Notes under the pieces: generated by a model
What the model was told of the DNA's origin: nothing
Seen by the model: the letters and a program-made list of their open reading frames with translations, nothing else
Database searches by the model: none
In this document: positions 7,791-14,932 of the stretch, piece by piece
How positions within the stretch are numbered: position 1 is the stretch's first letter
Layout of the letters: the number at the start of each line of letters is the position of its first letter
Program-made: the position numbers and the translations under genes
Assembly: GCA_045863335.1 (NCBI GenBank)
Contig: BTVY01000041.1
Span: forward strand, 1 to 16,435
Length of the DNA: 16,435 nucleotides
DNA from: Candidatus Hydrogenedentota bacterium
GTDB lineage: Bacteria; Hydrogenedentota; Hydrogenedentia; Hydrogenedentales; SLHB01
Reading direction: 5' to 3'

Positions 7791-8774
7791 ATGCGGTGCT
7801 TGAGCGACGTGGGGGAATTCGGATTCATCGACCGCATTTCCCGCCTGATTCCTTCTTCGCCTTACGTCATAGAAGGCATCGGCGATGACTGCGCGGTACT
7901 GCGCGTTTCCGATCGCATCGTTTTGGTGACCACCGATTTGTGCATTGAGAACGTTCACTTTCGCCGCGATCGCGTCGCGGCGTCGGATATCGGGTGGAAA
8001 GCGGCCGCGGCGTGCATCAGTGATATTGCCGCCATGGGCGGCGCCCCCCTGTATTGCCTCGTCTCGCTTGCGTGCCCGCCGTCCGAGCGAACCTCCTATA
8101 TCGAAGACCTTTACCAAGGGATGCTCAGCGCCATGTCCCGGTTCGGGACGGTCATTGTCGGCGGTGATACGACGCGGTCAAACGACGGGATTTCCATTGA
8201 CGTCATCGCCATTGGGGAGGCCATCGGCAACCGGTTTCTTCGAAGACGAGGCGCCAAGGTAGGTGACCGCATCGTCGTCACCGGCGACTTGGGGAGTTCG
8301 GCTGCGGGTTTGCACGCCTTGATCAACGGTGTCGACGACAAGGAACTGATTCGCGCCCACATGTATCCGAATCCGCGCGTGCTCGAGGGCCAGTGGCTTT
8401 GTGCGCGGAGCGAGGTCCATGCCATGATGGACATCAGCGATGGTCTCTGCCAGGACATGGGGCACTTGGCACGAGCATCCCGGCTCGGGATCGACCTTGA
8501 ACCTGAACGGTTGCCGGTCAGCCCCGCTCTGGCCCGATATTGCGGGGAACATGGTTTGGATCCGCTGCCGCTCATGTTGTCCGGCGGTGAAGACTACGAA
8601 CTCGTTTTTGCCATCGATGCACGGAGTGCCGAGAAGATTCTGGACGACTTCCACCATGAGTTCCGTGTACAGACTACCGTGGTGGGCACGGTGACCGACG
8701 CCTGGACCGGAGTACGGATTCACGGCGAGAGCCCGGAATCAATTGGTTTCGATCACTTCAAGCCTGCTGGTTAA
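7791..8774 (+). CDS. thiL: Thiamine-monophosphate kinase (327 aa)
   Basis: GEFGFI, GIGDDCA, TTD, SDIAAMGG, GGDT, DISDGL, SGGEDYEL, GFDHF; 3-bp gap after nnrD with GGAG RBS. Confidence 0.95.
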   Translation: MRCLSDVGEFGFIDRISRLIPSSPYVIEGIGDDCAVLRVSDRIVLVTTDLCIENVHFRRDRVAASDIGWKAAAACISDIAAMGGAPLYCLVSLACPPSERTSYIEDLYQGMLSAMSRFGTVIVGGDTTRSNDGISIDVIAIGEAIGNRFLRRRGAKVGDRIVVTGDLGSSAAGLHALINGVDDKELIRAHMYPNPRVLEGQWLCARSEVHAMMDISDGLCQDMGHLARASRLGIDLEPERLPVSPALARYCGEHGLDPLPLMLSGGEDYELVFAIDARSAEKILDDFHHEFRVQTTVVGTVTDAWTGVRIHGESPESIGFDHFKPAG

Positions 8775-8803
8775 CGCGCAACCCGCACCCTTGCGGGCAA
8801 AGC

Positions 8804-9370
8804 TCAAGGCGCGTTCCCGCGCTTCCATTTGATGTTGCAACCCATGCTGGGGCGTTGATTGCCGGAAACGGGCTTCCCTTCCAAGGTACAATCCAATGCC
8901 GCGCGGAGATCCGCACCGGTTACGGGGGCGTTGTTTCCGGGCCGGCTGTCGTCGAGTTGACCGCGATACACGAGTTTCCGGTCCGCGTCGAACAAGAAGA
9001 AGTCGGGCGTACACGCGGCGGAATACGCTTTGGCGACTTCCTGCGATTCGTCGTACAAATAGGGAAATGTGTACCCCCGGGTCCGGGCTTCCTCGGCCAT
9101 CTTCTGCGGGCTGTCGTCGGGATGGGTGGTCACGTCATTCGAGCTGATCGCCACCACGCCCACTCCTTTGCCCTGGTACTCCTTGCCCAACTTGGCCAAC
9201 TCGTCGGCCACGTGCTTCACGTAGGGGCAATGGTTGCAGATGAACATGACCAACAGCGCCTTGCTGCCGGCGAAGTCACCCAGGGAAACCATCTTGCCCC
9301 CGGTGTCCGGTAGGCGAAAGTCCGGCGCGGGTGTACCCAGGGGGATCATGGTGGACGGTGTCAGTACCAT
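8804..9370 (-). CDS. Thioredoxin-fold AhpC/TSA (PRX-like1) family protein (188 aa)
   Basis: APDFRLPD, MFICNHCPYV (CxxC), YDESQEVAKAY, CTPDFFLF, YRGQLDD, SMGCNIKW; GAGGAG RBS. Confidence 0.92.
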   Translation of the reverse strand: MVLTPSTMIPLGTPAPDFRLPDTGGKMVSLGDFAGSKALLVMFICNHCPYVKHVADELAKLGKEYQGKGVGVVAISSNDVTTHPDDSPQKMAEEARTRGYTFPYLYDESQEVAKAYSAACTPDFFLFDADRKLVYRGQLDDSRPGNNAPVTGADLRAALDCTLEGKPVSGNQRPSMGCNIKWKRGNAP

Positions 9371-9484
9371 CGTGTCGCGCTCCTCTTGGTGCGTGGAACC
9401 GAAAGGTCCTCATTTTTCTCGATAGATGAAGCCTTAGCCTATCGCATTTCGCGAGTGGGTTTCGACCGGGATTGCCCAGAATGA

Positions 9485-9523
9485 ACGCCCGCCCTCGCTC
9501 TGTACACAAGCGAGGGCGGGCGT
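9485..9523 (-). terminator. Strong stem-loop downstream of the DUF6600-lipoprotein operon
   Basis: Perfect 15-bp stem ACGCCCGCCCTCGCT / AGCGAGGGCGGGCGT with a 9-nt loop, 17 nt after the stop codon. The U-tract is weak (TCATTCT). Confidence 0.65.
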
Positions 9524-9540
9524 CTGGGGAGAGGAGAGCG

Positions 9541-10428
9541 TTATTCAGCCGGGGCTCTGCCCGTGCGGAGTGCCGTCGATTTGGCCGCCGACTTGTACGT
9601 GTTCAAATAGGCGTTAACTCGCTGCAGCCAACTCGTATCGAGACGCAGTTCAATCGAGTCTCGCAGGCTCTGATCCGGCGTCACCTGGAGATCCTGTTTC
9701 GCTTGCGGATCCAGGTCTCGGAACAGGGACCGCGACTCGATATCGACACCCTTCAACTGGCCATCGCGACGAATCGTGAGCGGCGCTTTGGCGCCGCGCT
9801 CGAGGGCGGCGGCCTTCTTGAAGGTCGTCGGATCGGTGCCGTACTCGTAGAGATAGACCGGGCCGTACACGCCGGTTCCTACGTCGACCTCGTCGAAGTA
9901 CAAGTCCGTGCCGGACTCGTAATCGAGGAGGGCGTCCAGCCAGTCGAAGGGCAGCCCGGCTTCATAGTCATAGGCGCCGAATACGCGGCCCTCGGAGAAG
10001 CCGTCGTTGTACCCGTCCGCCCAGCCGCCGTTTTCGTATTCGGTGTGGACATCGTAATACAGGAAGTCCAGGTAGTCCGGCCAGAAGGCGTTGTCGTAGC
10101 CCTCACTGAAACCCAGGATAAACGCGTAGTGGTAGTCGACGAAGTACCCGTCATTGTACGCGTACCAGATGCCGTCCCAGTAGCCCGCATCGTAAGGCGG
10201 GAAGTCGTAGTAAGGAATCGAGCTTCCGTCATAGTAGATGGGACTGAAATCGATGGTGTCGTACCCATCGTAATAGCCGTCCCAGTACCAATCGTCCTGT
10301 GCAAAGCCGTAGTCGAAACCTTCGTCATAGGTGCCTTCCGTGGGCGTTCCCGAGGGACAGCCCGCGCCAAGAAGAACCAAGGCAGCGATGACTGGTGTAT
10401 ATCGAATCGTTCTCAAGAACGTGCGCAT
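9541..10428 (-). CDS. Predicted lipoprotein, Asp/Tyr/Gly-rich with GYxDG-type repeats, unknown function (295 aa)
   Basis: Basic N-terminus, hydrophobic core and LLGAG-C24-P lipobox-like site; repeated YDEGF/YWDGYYDGY/YDAGYWDG/YNDGY/WADGYNDGFSEG; GAGGT RBS; 21 bp downstream of the upstream gene. Confidence 0.8.
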   Translation of the reverse strand: MRTFLRTIRYTPVIAALVLLGAGCPSGTPTEGTYDEGFDYGFAQDDWYWDGYYDGYDTIDFSPIYYDGSSIPYYDFPPYDAGYWDGIWYAYNDGYFVDYHYAFILGFSEGYDNAFWPDYLDFLYYDVHTEYENGGWADGYNDGFSEGRVFGAYDYEAGLPFDWLDALLDYESGTDLYFDEVDVGTGVYGPVYLYEYGTDPTTFKKAAALERGAKAPLTIRRDGQLKGVDIESRSLFRDLDPQAKQDLQVTPDQSLRDSIELRLDTSWLQRVNAYLNTYKSAAKSTALRTGRAPAE

Positions 10429-10449
10429 GTCGTATACCTCCCGGATGCG

Positions 10450-13125
10450 TTAGCGACGTCCCCGGCCGCCGCCACCGCCGCCACCGCGGCTGATAGACGG
10501 ACGGTCAAAGGACCGTGAGGGGGCCGAGATTGAAGGCCGCTCGATGGACCGAGACGGGGCCTGTATCGAAGGCCGCTCAATGCTACGAGTCTGCGGCGCG
10601 ACGGACGGCCGTTGAATCGAAGGCGAGGGGGCCTGTATCGAAGGCCGCTCAATGCTACGAGTCTGCGGCGCAACGGACGGCCGTTGAATCGACCGCGAGG
10701 GCGCCTGTACTGACGGCCTTTCGATGGACCGCGTTTGCGGTGCTACAGACGGCCTTTGAATCGACCGCGAAGGCGCTTGCGGTACGCTCACTCTTGGCGA
10801 GTTATCCCTGTTCGGGATACTCCGCGAGATGTTGGGCGCGCTGGATCGCGGCGATGGCGTCGTAACACGCGGCGTGATGTTCCGGTTTGGCGTTGACGCG
10901 ATGCGTGGGGACTCCGTCCGCTGCGGGGTGGAAATGCTCCGCGGCGTTTCCGGGCGCGAGGGCGAAGATGCCCGCGGCGTCGGCAAGGTCCTCTCCGCAG
11001 GAGTCCGCGTGATGCCCGTGCGCGACGAGGGTGATTCCGTGCGGGCCGGCGGTGTCGTAATCCGCGGGCTCGTCCGTCCCGAATCGGTGCGGGCGGATGT
11101 CTCCGTGCGCGACTGCGCACGAGACGGCAGACTCATGGAACCCAGCGTTGAGCGCTCCCGCGTTGGCGTACGGGACATCAGTCCTGAACGTCCGGAAGAC
11201 GAGTCATTAGTCGAACCCGCGCTCTGCGGCAAGGACCGTTCGGTGTTTCGCGTTACACGGGAAAAGTCCGGCCGCGTCGCTTCTTGCGGCTGCCGGTCGG
11301 CTCGCGTCAGAGAGCGAATCGGCGTCCGTTCCGAGGTCGATGCGGCGCTGCTCGACCGGGTATCGCTGTCCGTGCGAGTCGTCACCCGCTCGCGGATGGA
11401 CGACATCCGGCGTCCGGCGTCCTCGTCGCGCTCGGTCATGCGGTTCCAGATGCCGCCGGTGCGTTCCGCGTCGGTGTTGCGCAAGGTGCGTTCGCTGCTG
11501 GTTCGCGGCGCGCTTGCCGCCGGCGAACTCGGCGCGTCGGACGATCCACTGCGGATGCTTCGGGCCTCGCGAAGCCGCGAGCCTTCGGGTCTTCCGTCAA
11601 GTTCGCGGAGTGTCGCGGTGGTACGGTCGCCACGCCGGACCAGGCTGCGCGGATCTTGCGTAGCGCTGGATTCCACACGGGCCGACCGCACGCGAGAGCC
11701 ACGTGAGGCGTCGTCTATTGCGGTTCGTACGCTACGGTTTCCACGTACCGAGGTGCCCGCATCGGATGCGAACCGGACCCGGTTCACGGACGATTCCAGA
11801 CGCGATACCCGCTCAGAAGCGGCCAGGCGCGTGCTTGTGCCGCCCGTCAACCCTCGGATGACGCGCTGCGGCGAATAGTCGCGCACGAGTGCGGACGAAC
11901 CGAAATCGGGCAATGGCGCACGGTAGCTGTTGCCGATGTTGATGTTCCAGATGTTAATTTCGCCATTGTTGACGCCGTTAAAGATCGTCGAATATGCCGG
12001 ATACGTCGCGGTGGGACCGTAATACAGCAGGCTGTTTACCGAGCAATAGCTGCTCGCGCCGATGCTGATGCGCACGTCGCCGACGGTGAAGGACGCGCCA
12101 CCGTAGTAGACGGGGCGGTCATAGAGATCGAGCGGCGCCCATACGAAGTTGTCACCATAGCGGACCGTCACTGCCCAGGCCGGCGACCAGACCGGGTCGT
12201 AACACCACAGCCAGCCGTAGCCGGAGTTGTAGGTCCAGCGGCCGTAATGGGAGGTCGTGTAGCAGAAGGGATAGCTGCCAACCCACGTGTAGCCGTAGGA
12301 AGGCACGTAGCTCCAGTATCCGCTCCGGTACGGCACGTATTCCGTAACGACGGTCGGACGCCAGTACGTGCGGTTGTCCACATAGACCCACTCGCCATAG
12401 GAGTTCAAATCGGAGTAGCCGATGGGCGTCGTATTGCGGATGGGCTCCGGAATCGCAGTGTCACCCAGCGCCAGCGTTTTCGCCCGTTCGCGGTTCCAGG
12501 AATCAAAGCTGTCTTCCGCGCTCCGGTCGAAAGGCATCGGTTCCGATGGCAGCAGCCCCGGATCGATGAACACGCGGTAGCCCGACGTTACCGCTACAGG
12601 CGCTCCGCCGTCGGCGGACACCACCGCGCGCCCCCAACGGACGCTGACGGTAGTGGCGCCGTCGCCGACGACGTCAATCCGCACCTGCGTGTCTTTATCG
12701 ACACCAATGCGGGCCGCAGGCGTCCGGAAAAAGAAGTCACCCGTGCTGCGGTTTACCCGTTGCACGTAGAATGATCCCGTCCAGGCCAACACGTTTGCGC
12801 TCGGCGGTAATTGATCGATTTCCGCCTTGCTCTGGTCGGCCAGGCGCAGGAACGAGCCTCCCGACATTTCCACTTCGAGAACACCTTCCTGGTCGACCCA
12901 TACCGTGTCGCCAGGCAGGATGAGCGTATTCACGCTCGCGTAGCTCCAGTCGGCGTCCTCGCTGCCTTTGACCAGCGCGCCGCCGGAGTCGTAACTCACC
13001 CGCGCGTGAAGCAGGTCGTCCGCCGCCGCTCCGGCCGCCGCGAAGACGGCAGCCACAACGATGGAAAGGGGCAATCGCGCACGACTCGCCCAGCCGGTGG
13101 TTCGTTTTTTCGTTGCCGTTTTCAT
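10450..13125 (-). CDS. Exported FecR-like + DUF6600-domain protein with long R/S/T/P-rich disordered tail (891 aa)
   Basis: Start reassigned to ATG 13125 (GGAGGT RBS); signal peptide ending AAGAAA; FecR-like beta region (NTLILPGDTVW, FRTPAARI); DSFDSWNRER; DUF6600-like DLNSYGEW...WRP...PYRSGYW...YGYTWV...HYGRW...WSPAW; low-complexity tail ending RGGGGGGGRGRR. Confidence 0.85.
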   Translation of the reverse strand: MKTATKKRTTGWASRARLPLSIVVAAVFAAAGAAADDLLHARVSYDSGGALVKGSEDADWSYASVNTLILPGDTVWVDQEGVLEVEMSGGSFLRLADQSKAEIDQLPPSANVLAWTGSFYVQRVNRSTGDFFFRTPAARIGVDKDTQVRIDVVGDGATTVSVRWGRAVVSADGGAPVAVTSGYRVFIDPGLLPSEPMPFDRSAEDSFDSWNRERAKTLALGDTAIPEPIRNTTPIGYSDLNSYGEWVYVDNRTYWRPTVVTEYVPYRSGYWSYVPSYGYTWVGSYPFCYTTSHYGRWTYNSGYGWLWCYDPVWSPAWAVTVRYGDNFVWAPLDLYDRPVYYGGASFTVGDVRISIGASSYCSVNSLLYYGPTATYPAYSTIFNGVNNGEINIWNINIGNSYRAPLPDFGSSALVRDYSPQRVIRGLTGGTSTRLAASERVSRLESSVNRVRFASDAGTSVRGNRSVRTAIDDASRGSRVRSARVESSATQDPRSLVRRGDRTTATLRELDGRPEGSRLREARSIRSGSSDAPSSPAASAPRTSSERTLRNTDAERTGGIWNRMTERDEDAGRRMSSIRERVTTRTDSDTRSSSAASTSERTPIRSLTRADRQPQEATRPDFSRVTRNTERSLPQSAGSTNDSSSGRSGLMSRTPTRERSTLGSMSLPSRAQSRTETSARTDSGRTSPRITTPPARTESPSSRTGITRTPAERTLPTPRASSPSRPETPRSISTPQRTESPRIASTPNRNITPRVTTPSPRSSAPNISRSIPNRDNSPRVSVPQAPSRSIQRPSVAPQTRSIERPSVQAPSRSIQRPSVAPQTRSIERPSIQAPSPSIQRPSVAPQTRSIERPSIQAPSRSIERPSISAPSRSFDRPSISRGGGGGGGRGRR
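10556..10771 (-). repeat. Three tandem 72-bp coding repeats (24 aa, two 12-aa subunits), flanked by further degenerate 36-bp units
   Basis: Copies at 10556-10627 and 10628-10699 are identical at 69/72 nt; 10700-10771 is more diverged. Unit approximately APSRSIQRPSVAPQTRSIERPSIQ. Confidence 0.9.
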
Positions 13126-13233
13126 GTCCGCACCTCCAGGGCCGCCCCGGAAACACTGGTTCGCGACCCGATTAACTCGCCTGTAGATACGGACGAGATT
13201 CGCCAAGAGGCATTCACGATGAAGCACGATTCG

Positions 13234-13262
13234 TTGACTGGCGTAAAGGTGATTGGTAGACT
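13234..13262 (+). promoter_or_regulatory. Sigma70-type promoter with extended -10 for the kinase-MshEN gene
   Basis: TTGACT (13234-13239), 17 nt ending in TGG, TAGACT (13257-13262). Confidence 0.65.
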
Positions 13263-13373
13263 TTCTTTACAGAATCTTTTGAATTCACACTATTTGTGGG
13301 TCGCGCAGCATCCTCACGGCACAACGCGCGACTTGCGCGTCCGACCCGGGGAATCCGGAAAGGTGTGCAGGGG

Positions 13374-14732
13374 ATGGATGATGTCTTGGACCGCGGTCAT
13401 ATGCTGGCGGACCGGTTTCGGTTGGAACGCAAACTGGGGCACGGCGCGGTCGGAACCGTGTGGCTCGCCCGCGACACGCTGCTCCACGACGAGCCCGTGG
13501 CCTGCAAGCTACTGTTGCCCGCGTTTTCGGAGGATCGGCGCGCCATCGCGGACATGAAACGCGAAGTGCTTCTGACGCGCAAGCTGCGCCACACCAACAT
13601 CGTCAGTATCTACTCGTTCTGGGAGGCGCAGACCATCCGCTTCATCACCATGGAGTACATCGAAGGCAAGAACTTAAGTCAGATGTTATCGGCACGGGAG
13701 TCGCCGTTCACTCTCGCCGAGATTCTCCCCTGGTTTGAGAGGATATGCAGCGCCCTGGATTTTGCGCACATCAGTGGCATACTCCACCGCGACGTGAAGC
13801 CCGCGAACATCATGCTCACGCGGGAGGACGACGTACGGCTCGCGGATTTCGGGATCGCACGGACGGCACGCGAAGCGCGATCCCGCGCGACGGGTCACGT
13901 GACCAGTGGAACGCTGCTCTTTATGAGTCCGGAACAGCTCATGGGCGAGCCGTTGGACCAGCGCAGCGACGTGTACAGCCTCGCGGCAACCTTGTACGAG
14001 TTGTTGAGCGGCGCGCCACCCTTCTACAAAGGGTCTATCGTCTCGCAGATTCAGTCGAAAGAACCGGCACCCATTCCGTACTGTGGGGATGCGGTAAACC
14101 GTATCGTATTGAAAGGGCTCAAAAAGGATCCGCAACAACGCTACGGCTCCTGCGGAGAATTGTTCGACGCGCTGGCTTCGGTCGCCGGCTATGAAGCGGT
14201 GAACGCGGTCTGCGCCTCGCGCGCGCCTTCCCAGGCGATAGCGAGTATCGATCCCAACGCTGAGACGGTTGCGCTTCCAGTCGGGGGCGCTGCCGCCAAG
14301 CCATTGGGGGCGTTGTTGGTGGACGCGGGACTCGTGACCGAGCAGCAACTGGTCGAGGCCCTACTCAAACACGAGGCCACCCGCGAGCGGCTCGGCACTG
14401 TTCTTGTGCGGCTTGGATATGTGAGCCCGGACAATCTCGCTGAGGCGCTCGGCCAGCAACTCCGTATTCGATCCGTAGCGTTGCGGTCCGCAGAGCCGGA
14501 CCCGGAATTGCTGTCGAAGATTGGGAAGGAATCCGCCCAATTGCACCGGGCCATCCCGCTGCGGCGTGATGGGCACCGGGTCATCGTCGCCATGGCAGAC
14601 CCGCTGAATTTCGACGCGCTCAACGCATTGGAAGCCCTGCTGGATGCACCGGTGGAACCTCGAATTGCCACCGAAGCCGACGTCGCAGGCGCCATCGATC
14701 GCGCGTATCGCAGTATCGCCCCGCCATCGTAG
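13374..14732 (+). CDS. Hanks-type Ser/Thr kinase fused to a C-terminal MshEN/T2SSE_N domain (452 aa)
   Basis: LGHGAVGTVW, VACK, HRDVKPAN, DFG, GTLLFMSPEQ, SDVYSL; then PLGALLVDAGLVTEQQLVEALLKH-EATRE-RLGTVLVRLGYVSPDNLAEALGQQ and AIPL...VAMADP...AIDRAY. Start placed at ATG 13374. Confidence 0.9.
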   Translation: MDDVLDRGHMLADRFRLERKLGHGAVGTVWLARDTLLHDEPVACKLLLPAFSEDRRAIADMKREVLLTRKLRHTNIVSIYSFWEAQTIRFITMEYIEGKNLSQMLSARESPFTLAEILPWFERICSALDFAHISGILHRDVKPANIMLTREDDVRLADFGIARTAREARSRATGHVTSGTLLFMSPEQLMGEPLDQRSDVYSLAATLYELLSGAPPFYKGSIVSQIQSKEPAPIPYCGDAVNRIVLKGLKKDPQQRYGSCGELFDALASVAGYEAVNAVCASRAPSQAIASIDPNAETVALPVGGAAAKPLGALLVDAGLVTEQQLVEALLKHEATRERLGTVLVRLGYVSPDNLAEALGQQLRIRSVALRSAEPDPELLSKIGKESAQLHRAIPLRRDGHRVIVAMADPLNFDALNALEALLDAPVEPRIATEADVAGAIDRAYRSIAPPS

Positions 14733-14809
14733 CCGTCCCTGAACTTGAAGCATTCGCGGTTTTGACCTACGATGGCCCGGTTGTTGCAGCGGGATGTGGG
14801 GATTTTCGG

Positions 14810-14857
14810 GGAAACCCCCGCGGCACAGCGGATGCCGCAGCGGTTTCCTGCCTTTTT
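14810..14857 (+). terminator. Possible terminator or leader hairpin between the kinase and the permease
   Basis: GGAAACC (14810-14816) pairs with GGTTTCC (14842-14848), enclosing GCGGCA/TGCCGC; followed by TGCCTTTTT. Confidence 0.4.
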
Positions 14858-14932
14858 GCACTGCACGGCGTGAAATGTGAGGACACGTCCGCCCGCGAGC
14901 GGGCCGTGAACCAACCAGGGAAGAGAAGACCG

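Noticed and set aside
8782-8797. CCCGCA/TGCGGG hairpin between convergent thiL and the thioredoxin-like gene
   Set aside because: Only a 6-bp stem with no convincing U-tract; too weak to call a terminator.
10490-10780. Regular repeats that could suggest a CRISPR array
   Set aside because: The units are contiguous, in-frame multiples of 36 bp with no unique spacers, lie inside a CDS, and no cas genes are present.
10450-11880. Ser/Thr-rich tail as the direct substrate of the neighbouring kinase
   Set aside because: The tail protein has a signal peptide while the kinase appears cytoplasmic, so they are probably in different compartments.
13126-13373. Longer N-termini from the ORF track (starts at 13227 on - and 13296 on +; likewise 14762 for the permease)
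   Set aside because: Downstream ATGs fit the RBS (clear GGAGGT for 13125), signal peptide or domain boundaries better, and the extensions look non-coding.
14873-14894. CRP-like site AAATGTGA before the nucleoside permease
   Set aside because: Only one half-site is present, with no TCACA at the proper spacing.
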